Origin: an uncultured archaeon
GTDB taxonomy: Archaea > Aenigmatarchaeota > Aenigmatarchaeia > Aenigmatarchaeales > JAHLMS01
Direction of reading: 5' to 3'
Assembly (NCBI GenBank): GCA_964353775.1
Contig: CAYGWB010000002.1
Span: 5,185 to 69,184, forward strand
DNA: 64,000 nt
In this document: piece by piece, positions 16,712-26,086 of the stretch
Position numbering within the stretch: the stretch's first letter is position 1
Layout of the letters: every line of letters starts with the position of its first letter
The notes under the pieces: generated by a model
Seen by the model: only the letters and a program-made list of their open reading frames with translations
What the model was told of the DNA's origin: nothing
Database searches by the model: none
Position numbers and translations under genes: made by a program

Positions 16712-16715
16712 GTTA

Positions 16716-17183
16716 TTATTTCCATTTGCAGCCTACTTTGTCATCGATTGCCATTTGTTCGGCTGAAGCAATACGACCGGCATATTTCCCACCGTCGCCC
16801 TGCCTAGCGACCGCCAAGCCCTCACTGACCAGCTGCTCGTTTATCAGCGTGTCGTCGAGCCAAATCCAGCGCAAGTAACGCTTGTACTTGTCCTTGTCTA
16901 GGCTGTCCGACTCGAGACGGACCTGCTTGTTCAGTATCAGTTCTTCCAACCGTGCGAGCGCCGGCTGATAACAGGGGTGGCCGCGCTCGTCCGCGTCAAT
17001 TCCCAACAGTCGGACGCTGCTTCCGCCTTCGATAATTACGGTGTCGCCGTCCACAATCTTTGTCACAATAACATTGTCGTCGCTTGTCGCAGCCAGCAGC
17101 GGGTGCACGAACTGGGCAAGCAACCAGAAGACCGCGATCGCAACCGCGGCCAAAATGGCCGCCTTGATCCTTTTCGACAACAT
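16716..17183 (-). CDS. Thermonuclease (SNase) family protein with N-terminal anchor
   Basis: 'VDGDT', 'VRLLGIDA.E', 'DKYKRYL'. Confidence 0.92.
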   Translation of the reverse strand: MLSKRIKAAILAAVAIAVFWLLAQFVHPLLAATSDDNVIVTKIVDGDTVIIEGGSSVRLLGIDADERGHPCYQPALARLEELILNKQVRLESDSLDKDKYKRYLRWIWLDDTLINEQLVSEGLAVARQGDGGKYAGRIASAEQMAIDDKVGCKWK

Positions 17184-17226
17184 TACGAAAAAATCGCAAC
17201 AGCACGGCTTATAGTCGCTTTACCAC

Positions 17227-17649
17227 TCAAGGTGGTGAAAACGGATCGAAACCGTTCTTCAACAGGTTCTGTACCGGCAAGAACAACGGCTGCGGCAGCT
17301 TGTCCCACTCGAACCAGCCCCACTCCTCGCACTTGTCAGGCTCCATCACCTTCGGTTCGCCGCTGTGATAATCGGATATCATTATCAAAGTGACATAATG
17401 CTTGTTCTCTCTGCTGTACATGTCATTGGTGAAAGTTCCAATCCTGATGTTCTTGATTTGGATGCCGGCCTCTTCCATTGTCTCGCGTACTGCACATTCT
17501 TCCGGAGTCTCATTGAACTCCAGATGTCCGCCAGGAAAGCACCAGTCGCCTTGACCGTGGCCGGTGTTCTTTCTCTTGCCGAGGAGCACCTTGCCGTCCT
17601 TGATTATGATCACTCCGACCCCGACCTTCGGCCTGAGTTCCGTGTTCAT
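17227..17649 (-). CDS. NUDIX hydrolase (NUDT15/MutT-like)
   Basis: 'PGGHLEFNETPEECAVRETMEEAG', 'EPDKCE.W.W'. Confidence 0.93.
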   Translation of the reverse strand: MNTELRPKVGVGVIIIKDGKVLLGKRKNTGHGQGDWCFPGGHLEFNETPEECAVRETMEEAGIQIKNIRIGTFTNDMYSRENKHYVTLIMISDYHSGEPKVMEPDKCEEWGWFEWDKLPQPLFLPVQNLLKNGFDPFSPP

Positions 17650-18395
17650 AGCGCTTCAGCCCTAACCCATGCGCGTTCGAACTGCGCCTTCTGGTCCGTC
17701 GTGCTGTTCAGCCAGAACGAACCGGAACCGGAACCGTCCACGGTCAGACCGTGCGTGCCGTCGACAAGTATCAGACCTGGCCAATATCGTCCGAGCTTTA
17801 TTTCCAGTCCGGCCTTGGAAAGCTTCTCCAGCTTTGTCGGATCGATCTCGCTGGCGACTATGCGCACGCGCACGTTGCGCTCAAGCGCGCGACGCACCGA
17901 ATCCAACAGAACAAAATCATCGAAGAAGCGTTCTATCGCGACGAGCAGCTCCTCCTTCGCGATGTCCATCAGGAAGGCGGCGCGGTCGACAAAACCTTCC
18001 GTGTAATGCTCGTTGACGCGCTCGCCGAACCATATGTCGCCAATCGGCAGCATCCGCTCGTAGGCTGTTCCTAGCTTCGCGAACAGCTCCTTCTTCCGCA
18101 GATAATCGCGACCTAAGTAGCTGAACACCCTTGGAAATGGGTTGGCAGAACGTGACAACCAGAACATCTTCTGCTTCTCTTTGCTGCTTTCCACAACGCC
18201 CTTCGTCTGCAGCGCGTACAGATACTTGTATGCGTTCGTCACGGAGATGCCGGCCTCCTTTGCTATGGCGGACGCGTCAGCCTTGGACTTCTTTCGCTGA
18301 GCAAGAATAAGGAGCGAACGTATGACTTTGACCTCAAGGTCATCGAAGGCCTCTGTCTCAAGCATCATTTTGCAGAATTCGTCAAGGCTAAGCAT
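17646..18395 (-). CDS. TrmB-family transcriptional regulator (wHTH + PLD-like domain)
   Basis: 'ASAIAKEAGIS.TNAYKYL..L..KGVV' plus 'AKEELL...RNVRVRI...LILVDG'; ATG 18395. Confidence 0.85.
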   Translation of the reverse strand: MLSLDEFCKMMLETEAFDDLEVKVIRSLLILAQRKKSKADASAIAKEAGISVTNAYKYLYALQTKGVVESSKEKQKMFWLSRSANPFPRVFSYLGRDYLRKKELFAKLGTAYERMLPIGDIWFGERVNEHYTEGFVDRAAFLMDIAKEELLVAIERFFDDFVLLDSVRRALERNVRVRIVASEIDPTKLEKLSKAGLEIKLGRYWPGLILVDGTHGLTVDGSGSGSFWLNSTTDQKAQFERAWVRAEAL

Positions 18396-18438
18396 GCGTA
18401 TTGGATGTAATCGTAAGTATAAATAATTATATTTTATC

Positions 18439-18789
18439 TTATAATTCGACGAACTTGAGGTTCGGGTTCGGATTTCCGAGCGGGCATGCGAACTTACTGT
18501 CACCCGGTTTGTATCCCTTACACCAATCATAATAACACATGCGCTGGCCGCAGACATCCGAAAAACCGTAGAAGTTGGTCGTCTTGGATTCTCCGCCAAC
18601 CTTGTCCTTCCTCGTGACCTTCAGCATGTCCATTTTCCTGTATCCCATCACGAACGACGATTTGAGATTCGTCGGTGTCGGGTTCGTTATGCCCAGCTCC
18701 TTGCAATAGGCCTCGATGGTCTTCATCTTTTCCGGATTGTCCATTGCGTGTTTCATTATCTTATCCATCACGTCGTCCCTGGATGTCAT
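18439..18789 (-). CDS. Hypothetical protein with a C-terminal four-Cys cluster
   Basis: Fills the gap, host-like codon usage, 'CGQRMCYYDWC...CP'. Confidence 0.65.
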   Translation of the reverse strand: MTSRDDVMDKIMKHAMDNPEKMKTIEAYCKELGITNPTPTNLKSSFVMGYRKMDMLKVTRKDKVGGESKTTNFYGFSDVCGQRMCYYDWCKGYKPGDSKFACPLGNPNPNLKFVEL

Positions 18790-18840
18790 GAAAACCAGTT
18801 AACCCGCAATCTTTTTAAGTTATACTACATAATGTGGGGC

Positions 18841-19461
18841 ATGCAAACAGGAGATTTCATACGGCTTGCCTACACGGCAAAGCTGAAGGAGACCAAACAG
18901 GTCATAGACCAAGCGGACAACGCTGTCGTGATAATCGGCGCCGGTTATGTGCTGCCGGGGGTGGATTTGGCCGTGGCCGGACTTACGATCGGTGAGAAGA
19001 AGACCGTGGAGATACAGCCCGATCAGGCGTTCGGAACAAGGGACCAGAAAATGGTGAAGCTCGTCCCGGAAGCTGAGTTCAGAAGGCACGGCACGAAGCC
19101 AGTGCCCGGAATGCCCATCGAGGCAGACGGCACGCGAGGTCGAGTAATCAGCGTCACGAGCGGACGAGTGACAGTCGACTTCAACCATCCGCTGGCCGGC
19201 AAGGTCCTCGTCTTCGACCTGGAAGTGAAAAAGAAGATGGATCTGCTGGACGAGAAGATAAAGGGCATATTCGAGTTCTACGCGCGACAGCCGGCCGACA
19301 AGGTCGTCGTAAAAGTGTCCGGAACCGAGGTCGAGCTCGATGCGCCGCCTATGGCCATGCATCCCGTCTTCAGGAAGAAGATAGCGGACGACATAATGAA
19401 GTGGCTGGACCTGACGAAAGTCAAGTTCGCGGAAGTTTTTGAGAAGCCGAAGGAACAGTAG
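18841..19461 (+). CDS. slyD: FKBP-type peptidyl-prolyl isomerase (long archaeal SlyD type)
   Basis: 'GDFIRLAYT', 'PDQAFG.RD', 'VDFNHPLAGK.L.F'. Confidence 0.92.
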   Translation: MQTGDFIRLAYTAKLKETKQVIDQADNAVVIIGAGYVLPGVDLAVAGLTIGEKKTVEIQPDQAFGTRDQKMVKLVPEAEFRRHGTKPVPGMPIEADGTRGRVISVTSGRVTVDFNHPLAGKVLVFDLEVKKKMDLLDEKIKGIFEFYARQPADKVVVKVSGTEVELDAPPMAMHPVFRKKIADDIMKWLDLTKVKFAEVFEKPKEQ

Positions 19462-19553
19462 CATTATAAATTTGCTTATAATTTTCTGGATAATTTTAAA
19501 TAGCTCGTTCACGTTTAGTTCATATAATAAGTTCTGTTTAATGGGGTGATTTT

Positions 19554-20639
19554 ATGGCTGTGCGAGCGCATGAAGGGGAGTCGAGCTCTCGAACGGCTAC
19601 CGTGGATGAGGATCTGCGGAAGCTGTTGGAAGCGAGGAAGGCTGAAATAAAGGTCGTCGGAATCGGCGGTGCGGGAAACAACACGGTCAGCCGAATGATG
19701 CAGGTCGGTATCGTCGGCGTTGAGGTCGTTGCAATAAACACCGACGCGCAGGATTTGCTTTACACTGATGCTGATGCTAAAATTCTCATAGGAAAAGAGC
19801 TCACCAGGGGGCTGGGAGCAGGCGCGGACCCGCATGTCGGAATGGAGTCGGCGAAGGAGAGCAAGGACGAGCTGAAGGACGCGCTCACAGGAGCGGACAT
19901 GGTATTCATCACATGCGGACTCGGAGGCGGAACTGGAACTGGCGCGAGCCCGATCGTTGCGGACGTCGCAAAAAAGATGGGAGCGCTTACGGTCGCTGTC
20001 GTTACTCTGCCGTTCACCATGGAAGGAAAGGGTAGGATGGAGAACGCGAAGTACGGACTGGAAGAGCTGGAGAACATTGTGGACACGCTGATAGTCGTGC
20101 CGAACGACAAGCTGCTGGAGATCGTACCGGACGTAAGCATAATGACCGCGTTCAAGGTCAGCGACGAGATTCTTGTTAACGCCGTCAAGGGAATAGCCGA
20201 ACTTGTGACAAAGCCCGGACTGGTCAACCTGGACTTCGCAGACATCAAGGCTGTCATGGGAACGGGCGGACTGGCCATGATAGGCATGGGCGAGTCCGAC
20301 TCGGAGAACCGAGCGGTCGAGGCCGTCGAGAAGGCTCTGAACAACCCGCTGCTGGACGTAGAAGTCGAAGGCGCGAACGGCGCGCTGATAAACGTGGCCG
20401 GTGGAACGGACATGACTATCCGAGAGTGCCAGGAGATTGTCGAGGCCGTCAGCTCGAAGCTGGCTCCGGACGCCAAGATCATCTGGGGAGCGCAGATCGT
20501 CAAGGAAATGGGCGACACTGTGCGCGCGATGATGATAATCACCGGCGTCAAGTCCAACCAAATATACGGACCGCAGAAGCCGATATCCAAGGAGAAGGCG
20601 AAGGAAATAGAGAAGATACTGGGCATTGATTTCGTGTAG
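19554..20639 (+). CDS. ftsZ: Cell division protein FtsZ
   Basis: 'GGAGNN', 'GLGGGTGTG', 'NLDFAD'. Confidence 0.98.
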   Translation: MAVRAHEGESSSRTATVDEDLRKLLEARKAEIKVVGIGGAGNNTVSRMMQVGIVGVEVVAINTDAQDLLYTDADAKILIGKELTRGLGAGADPHVGMESAKESKDELKDALTGADMVFITCGLGGGTGTGASPIVADVAKKMGALTVAVVTLPFTMEGKGRMENAKYGLEELENIVDTLIVVPNDKLLEIVPDVSIMTAFKVSDEILVNAVKGIAELVTKPGLVNLDFADIKAVMGTGGLAMIGMGESDSENRAVEAVEKALNNPLLDVEVEGANGALINVAGGTDMTIRECQEIVEAVSSKLAPDAKIIWGAQIVKEMGDTVRAMMIITGVKSNQIYGPQKPISKEKAKEIEKILGIDFV

Positions 20640-20647
20640 TTGAAAAA

Positions 20648-20875
20648 ATGACAACTTATATGATTACGGATCGTGGACTGCGTATTGTCAGGAATCCGAA
20701 GAGCCCGATATATGAAGGCGTTTCGCCGGAAGCTTTGAAGATATTGGATGAGGTGCTCGACGAACTTGTTCCAAAATCGGCCTTGATAATCGCCTATGAA
20801 AAGAGCGAGAACTTAACATCTGCTGAGGCGCAGGCAGATTTCGAGCGCAAAAGGAAAGAGCTGGGAGCGGTGTAA
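20648..20875 (+). CDS. Small hypothetical protein
   Basis: 75-aa ORF filling the ftsZ-secE gap. Confidence 0.55.
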   Translation: MTTYMITDRGLRIVRNPKSPIYEGVSPEALKILDEVLDELVPKSALIIAYEKSENLTSAEAQADFERKRKELGAV

Positions 20876-20943
20876 TTATCCCGCATATTGATTATATTTA
20901 AATACTCTTGCCTTCAATAGAAATCAGTTCTGAGGTTTTATCC

Positions 20944-21246
20944 ATGAACGACGAGGTATCGCAACCTGAAGGCGGACAACCGCAGCCTGCGCCACAGCCG
21001 CAGCCCCAGCCGAAGGCAGAGCAAAAGAAACCCGAGGCTCCGAAGGGCCCTGGAATATTTGAAAAAATAAAGAACAGGCTGCTGAACTACAGGCGGGTGC
21101 TGGAGGTCAGCAGAAAGCCGGACAAGGACGAGCTTACAAGCACGGCCAGGGTCGTCGGATTGGGCATCGCAATAATAGGCGTAATGGGCTTCATCATATC
21201 GCTTATATATCTGTTTATAACAAGTTTGGCTGGTATGGGTGTTTGA
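20944..21246 (+). CDS. secE: Protein translocase subunit SecE/Sec61gamma with a P/Q-rich N-terminal extension
   Basis: 'YRRVLEVSRKPDKDEL...GIAIIGVMGFII'; conserved ftsZ-secE-spt5 order. Confidence 0.92.
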   Translation: MNDEVSQPEGGQPQPAPQPQPQPKAEQKKPEAPKGPGIFEKIKNRLLNYRRVLEVSRKPDKDELTSTARVVGLGIAIIGVMGFIISLIYLFITSLAGMGV

Positions 21247-21705
21247 ATGATATGGACAATACGGACAACGGTCGGCCGTGAGAACGCGGTGCTCGAGACG
21301 CTTGCGTCCAAGGTAAAAAACACCGGCGTGGCCGTCGCCACGCTCCTGCATCCGGCCGAGCTGAAGGGCTACATATTCATCGAGGGCGAGCCTGCGGCCA
21401 TAGAGGCAACGATAGCAGGCATACCGCATGTTCGCGGACTCATACGCAAAGAAATAATGGTCGGCGAGCTCAAGAAGTTCCTGGAGATGAGGGCCGCTGA
21501 GATAAAGGTGAACCGCGGAGACATCATAGAGATCGTCGGCGGACCGTTCAAGAACGAGCGCGGAAGAGTGACAAGAGTGGACACGGCCAAGAACGAGATC
21601 ACGATCGAGCTGCTCGAGGCGGCGATACCGATACCTATAACCGTCGCTACCGACATGGTCAAGCTCATAGAGAGCGCGGAGAAGGCGGAGGCAAAGACAG
21701 CGTGA
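21247..21705 (+). CDS. spt5: Transcription elongation factor Spt5/NusG
   Basis: 'TTVGRE', 'KGYIFIE', KOW 'GDIIEIVGGPFK'. Confidence 0.96.
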   Translation: MIWTIRTTVGRENAVLETLASKVKNTGVAVATLLHPAELKGYIFIEGEPAAIEATIAGIPHVRGLIRKEIMVGELKKFLEMRAAEIKVNRGDIIEIVGGPFKNERGRVTRVDTAKNEITIELLEAAIPIPITVATDMVKLIESAEKAEAKTA

Positions 21706-21709
21706 TTTT

Positions 21710-22228
21710 ATGGGAAAGATTTCAATAAAAGCACTGGTCGAAGGCGGGAAAGCGATACCAGGTCCGCCGCTCGGGCCGGCGCTGGCCATGCATAAGGTCA
21801 ACATCGGGCAGGTAGTCGCCGCGATAAACGAGAAGACTAAAGATTTCAAAGGAATCACGGTCCCGGTGGAGGTCATAATAGACCCGGCGACCAAGTCGTT
21901 CGAGATAAAGGTCGGCACGCCGCCCGTTTCTGCTCTGATAAAGAAGGAACTCAAGGTCGAGAAGCTCGCGCTGACGCCTTGGTCAACGCCGCCTGTCAAG
22001 GAGGGCGAGTCGCCGAAGGCGCCGTTCACCGGCGATCTGCCTTTCGAGGCTGCCGTAAAAATCGCAAAGGCCAAGCTGGACGCACTTGGAACGAAGTCAC
22101 TGAAGAACGCAGTGAAACAGGTCATCGGAACGTGCATGAGCGTAGGGGCGACAGTAGAAGGCAAGAACCCGAAGGACCTTATCAAAGAGATAGACGCAGG
22201 CAAATGGGACGCCAAAATCAAAGGTTAA
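21710..22228 (+). CDS. rpl11: 50S ribosomal protein L11
   Basis: 'GGKAIPGPPLGPAL', 'GTCMSVG'. Confidence 0.97.
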   Translation: MGKISIKALVEGGKAIPGPPLGPALAMHKVNIGQVVAAINEKTKDFKGITVPVEVIIDPATKSFEIKVGTPPVSALIKKELKVEKLALTPWSTPPVKEGESPKAPFTGDLPFEAAVKIAKAKLDALGTKSLKNAVKQVIGTCMSVGATVEGKNPKDLIKEIDAGKWDAKIKG

Positions 22229-22253
22229 ATCCTTTTTGTTACAAACTTCTGGC

Positions 22254-22757
22254 ATGTCTTTGGCCAAGCTGTTCTGGATATTGGCCGTGCTGAACATAGT
22301 GTTCATTGCGCTGGCCGCGCTCGGCTATCCCGTGATAATCGTTGTTGCCGTTCTGCTGCTGGTGGACATAATGATGCTCGAGGTCAACAGGCAGACCGAG
22401 AAGCAGAAGCTGATCGACGAAGTGAAGAGCACTATCAACTCGCTGAGCGACAAGATAGAGAGCGCCGTTTCGAAGATGACCGGTTCCGGCAATGAGAACC
22501 TGGTAGAGGCGAGATTACGACAGCACGAGAACAACATCAGCAGCCAGCTGGACACGTTGCGCAGCTTTATACGGGCCGATATAAAGGACGCGCTGGACAA
22601 GATGGCTGGCAAGATGATTCACATCGAGAACAAGCTCAACCAGACGAAGAAGACGCTCGGAGCGGCCGTGGCTGTATTTGACGAGCGCATGGGTGCCATT
22701 GAGAGCGATGAACCGGAAGACGAGCCTGTCGGGCTAGAACCGACGGACGAGTTATGA
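22254..22757 (+). CDS. Membrane-anchored coiled-coil hypothetical protein
   Basis: Two N-terminal hydrophobic helices, heptad-rich body, acidic tail. Confidence 0.75.
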   Translation: MSLAKLFWILAVLNIVFIALAALGYPVIIVVAVLLLVDIMMLEVNRQTEKQKLIDEVKSTINSLSDKIESAVSKMTGSGNENLVEARLRQHENNISSQLDTLRSFIRADIKDALDKMAGKMIHIENKLNQTKKTLGAAVAVFDERMGAIESDEPEDEPVGLEPTDEL

Positions 22758-22761
22758 TGCT

Positions 22762-22899
22762 ATGGAAATTAGAAATTATGTGTTTGGAACTGCCATGTGT
22801 TTTGTGAAATATTTGAACTGTTATATGAAATACGGCGACATCCACAAGGCGGCCTGGTCTTCAGACATCTATGATAAAATCGATTTCAAAAGAAAGTGA
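22762..22899 (+). CDS. Possible 45-aa protein (MEIRNYVFGTAMCFVKY...DFKRK)
   Basis: Manual translation; fills the gap exactly; no homology evidence. Confidence 0.35.
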   Translation: MEIRNYVFGTAMCFVKYLNCYMKYGDIHKAAWSSDIYDKIDFKRK

Positions 22900-22905
22900 A
22901 AGTAT

Positions 22906-23337
22906 CTAGTCGTAAACGTGTACCTCGTCCTTTGGATCAAATCTCGGTTTCACTATCAGTTCTATTTCCATGCTCTTTCCACGCGGAATGAGCTTTCTTA
23001 CAAAATGTGGCGGTATCTCTACCGCATCTTCAGGCAAAAACTCACGGACTTTGCGTACGTCACCATAGCTGACTTCAATCGCTCCTTCTGTAACAAAATA
23101 GATTGTGTCCGTCTGCGTCTTGTATTTGTGGCCGTCCGTCGGTTTTTGAAACCTCAGCCCGATATATGTAACGTCTTTCTCTTTGCTCTCGTCCTCAGAC
23201 ATAAACGGTTTCAGAAGTATGTCATTCTCCTGTCCAATCCAATCGGATCTTATTTTCTTCTTCAAGCCCAAAAATTTCTTATATTCCACGAAGTCAGCTC
23301 GTGCGAGCATTGTCAATCCATCAGAAACGGTGCTCAT
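22906..23337 (-). CDS. Cupin-fold protein
   Basis: 'GHKYK..TDTIYFVTEG...EDAVEIPP' cupin-like pattern. Confidence 0.65.
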   Translation of the reverse strand: MSTVSDGLTMLARADFVEYKKFLGLKKKIRSDWIGQENDILLKPFMSEDESKEKDVTYIGLRFQKPTDGHKYKTQTDTIYFVTEGAIEVSYGDVRKVREFLPEDAVEIPPHFVRKLIPRGKSMEIELIVKPRFDPKDEVHVYD

Positions 23338-23419
23338 ATTTGTGTATTAATCTGTAAACTTTAAATAGTCTTCTTACAGACTATCAGTACTGCTTCGGCA
23401 GTAGCATGGTGCGAATACT

Positions 23420-24070
23420 ATGGCTGAGACAAACATCATCGAGAATATCAAAAAGGCTAGGGAGACCGCTCCGAAAAGGAACTTCAAGCAGACGTTCGAC
23501 CTGGCCATCAATCTGAAGTCAATTGACCTCAAGAAGCCGGATAACAGGATAAAGACCGAAGTGGTCCTGCCCGAAGGCACTGGACGGGCGCTTAAGGTCG
23601 GAGTAATTGTCGACAACCTCTTTCCGAAGGCGCAGAAGCTCGGCGACAGTATAACTCTTATTCGAAGGGACGAGCTGGACGGACTGGCACGCAACAAGCG
23701 CGCCGCCAAGAAGCTCGCTGGCGAATGCGTCTCTTTCCTGGCAGAATCTACGCTCATGCCTGCGATCGGAAAGGCGCTCGGACCTGTTCTTGCACCGCGC
23801 GGACTGATGCCGAAGCCGATACCGCCCACTGTTCCTGATCTAAAGCCGATCGTTGACCGTGCGGCCACGACTGTACGTCTGACCGTCAAGGACAGCCCGG
23901 TGCTGCACTGCGCTGTCGGGACGGAGGAGATGGCGGACGAGAAAGTTGCCGAGAACATATCTGCCGTGCTCAAGGCAATTGAGGCTGCTTTACCGAAGGG
24001 CAAGGAGCAGATGAAGAACGCGGTCATCAAGCTCACTATGGGCAAACCGGTAAAATTCGAGGTCGGATGA
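23420..24070 (+). CDS. rpl1: 50S ribosomal protein L1
   Basis: 'KRNFKQTFDLAINLK', 'LGPVLAPRGLMP', 'KLTMG'. Confidence 0.97.
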   Translation: MAETNIIENIKKARETAPKRNFKQTFDLAINLKSIDLKKPDNRIKTEVVLPEGTGRALKVGVIVDNLFPKAQKLGDSITLIRRDELDGLARNKRAAKKLAGECVSFLAESTLMPAIGKALGPVLAPRGLMPKPIPPTVPDLKPIVDRAATTVRLTVKDSPVLHCAVGTEEMADEKVAENISAVLKAIEAALPKGKEQMKNAVIKLTMGKPVKFEVG

Positions 24071-24071
24071 T

Positions 24072-24950
24072 ATGGTAGGCCGAGCAAAACGAATGGAGAG
24101 GCTGGCAAAGAAGACTAAGCGCGAACCTAACAAAACAAAGGTCGACGCAGTCGATTCCCTATCGAACGAGCTAAGGACAGCTGGCGTCATCGCCGTACTA
24201 AGCATGCACAAGCTCCCGGCGTCCGCTCTGCAGAAAGTGAAACGCGAGCTGTCCGGCAAGGTCAACATACGATTCAACAAGAAGTGCGTGCTTTCATTCG
24301 CGCTGACGAAGGCCGGAAAGGAGAACATGATACAATACCTGGGCAACCATCCGGCGCTGCTGGTCACGAACATGAACCCGTTCAAGCTCTACAAGTTCCT
24401 ACAGACGAACAAATCGTCCTGCGCCGCTAAGGCGGGCGATATCGCACCTAAGGACATCGAGGTGAAGGCAGGACCAACGGACCTGATGCCCGGACCTGCG
24501 ATAAGCACACTCACAAAGGTCGGAGTGCCTGCGAAGGTCGAGGCCGGAAAGATAGCTGTCATGAAGGACAAGGTCGTCTGCAAGGCGGGCGCGACCGTAA
24601 CCGCAGACCTTGCCGCGGCCATGCAGCTGCTGAAGATGGAGCCGATGGAAATCGGTTTCAATCTGGTCGTTGCCAACGAAGGACCGCTGGTATACATGCC
24701 GGACGTGCTGGCGATTGACGAGTCAAAAGTGCTGGCCGAATTGGGCCTGGCAGTATCCCAGGCCGTCAACCTGTCCGTCAATTCAGGGTGGCCGACAAAG
24801 CAGACCATAGAAATAATGGTGAGGAAGGCGTTCGCGAACGCCAAGGCAGTCGGCATCGAAGGAAATGTGCTTGACGAGGGAATCATAGGCGATCTGCTTG
24901 CGAAAGCGAAAGCGCAGGCGGACACGATTTACGCTAAAATAAAATTTTGA
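24072..24950 (+). CDS. rpl10: 50S ribosomal protein L10 (P0)
   Basis: 'NPFKLYK', '[19 protein letters not shown]'. Confidence 0.96.
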   Translation: MVGRAKRMERLAKKTKREPNKTKVDAVDSLSNELRTAGVIAVLSMHKLPASALQKVKRELSGKVNIRFNKKCVLSFALTKAGKENMIQYLGNHPALLVTNMNPFKLYKFLQTNKSSCAAKAGDIAPKDIEVKAGPTDLMPGPAISTLTKVGVPAKVEAGKIAVMKDKVVCKAGATVTADLAAAMQLLKMEPMEIGFNLVVANEGPLVYMPDVLAIDESKVLAELGLAVSQAVNLSVNSGWPTKQTIEIMVRKAFANAKAVGIEGNVLDEGIIGDLLAKAKAQADTIYAKIKF

Positions 24951-24964
24951 AGGAGGTGAAAATT

Positions 24965-25264
24965 GTGGAGTTAATATACACCGCGCTGTTGTTGCATGCG
25001 ACGAAGAGCCCGATAAACGAGGCGAACGTGGCGAAGGTACTTACGGCCGCTGGAGCATCAGCTGACCCAGCGAAGGTAAAGGCGCTCGTGGCGAGCATGG
25101 AAGGCCTGAACATAGAAGAGGCCATAGCGAAGGCCGCGATGCCAGTAGCTGTCGCAGCACCTGCCGCAGCCGCACCTGCCGAGAAGAAGGAAGAGAAGAA
25201 AGAGGAAGAGACCGCGAAGAAGGCGGAAGAGGCAGCTGCCGGTCTTGGAGCCCTGTTCGGTTGA
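24965..25264 (+). CDS. rpl12: 50S ribosomal protein L12 (P1)
   Basis: GGAGGTGA RBS + GTG; '[10 protein letters not shown]', acidic hinge, 'GLGALFG'. Confidence 0.96.
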   Translation: MELIYTALLLHATKSPINEANVAKVLTAAGASADPAKVKALVASMEGLNIEEAIAKAAMPVAVAAPAAAAPAEKKEEKKEEETAKKAEEAAAGLGALFG

Positions 25265-25320
25265 GAATTAGTTTTTTCTGTGATACCGAGGGCTTCGAAA
25301 TACGGATAGCTGCCACAGCG

Positions 25321-26004
25321 TCAGCCGATGGTAGTGCCTACGAACGGCTTACCTAGGAAGAAGCTCTCCAAATTCTGCAAATTAGTCCCGTTCATAATTA
25401 TCACTTTCATCCCGAGTCTTGACGCTTCCTTCGCCGCGATTGGGTCGAACGGCGTGGAAAGGCCGGGCGACCATTTGCCGCCGATTATTTTTTTGAACTC
25501 GGGCCAGCTTAGGTTCTCGAATGCGATCGCATTAGGGTATTTCCTCGGATCCTTGTCATAGACGTAGTCCACGTTCGTGAGGTTGATTATGATTTTCGAT
25601 CCCAGGTTCTTAGCCAGCAGAACGGAATCGTAGTCGGTGGACCAGCCGGGCTTCCATCCGGCCGCTACAAGTACGTCCTGCTTCAGCCTTACCTTCTTTG
25701 TCGGGTTCTCGACGATGATCGGATGGGCCTTTCGACCGAACAGGAGCTTCACCAGGTTGGCATTCAGCCTCGTCACAAAAATTCCGAGCCAGTCCCGTTC
25801 GACATCAGGCGCGCCGAGCTCGCTGGCGGCAAGCTGATACTTTCTCGCGATCTTTCCTCCGCCGACATAGACGGCGAACCTCCTTGTTTTCAGCTGCCCC
25901 AGAACCAATTGGCGAAACCTCTTCAGATACGCGACGTCGATCTCGCCGGGCGCTACCAATGAGCCGCCCAAAGAAAGAACCACGGTTTCCCTGTCCCTCG
26001 GCAT
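25321..26004 (-). CDS. pyrH: Uridylate kinase (archaeal)
   Basis: 'SLGGS', 'GGGKIARKY', 'PGWSTD', 'DYVYDKDP', 'PFDPIA'. Confidence 0.95.
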   Translation of the reverse strand: MPRDRETVVLSLGGSLVAPGEIDVAYLKRFRQLVLGQLKTRRFAVYVGGGKIARKYQLAASELGAPDVERDWLGIFVTRLNANLVKLLFGRKAHPIIVENPTKKVRLKQDVLVAAGWKPGWSTDYDSVLLAKNLGSKIIINLTNVDYVYDKDPRKYPNAIAFENLSWPEFKKIIGGKWSPGLSTPFDPIAAKEASRLGMKVIIMNGTNLQNLESFFLGKPFVGTTIG

Positions 26005-26086
26005 GCTTATAGTTGTGCCGGGCATATAAAATGTTTTGCGTCAACTTCAGCACCATTTTTATATCTGGATTTACTATATTGGAACT

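Noticed and set aside
20960..21015. CAGCC-type repeats at the secE 5' end
   Set aside because: Low-complexity Pro/Gln coding linker, not an independent repeat element
25277..25318. CTGTG...CACAG-closed segment between rpl12 and pyrH sharing GATACCG with the tRNA-like insert
   Set aside because: Only a 5-bp stem and a 7-mer match, no convincing C/D boxes; compatible with chance or a terminator region
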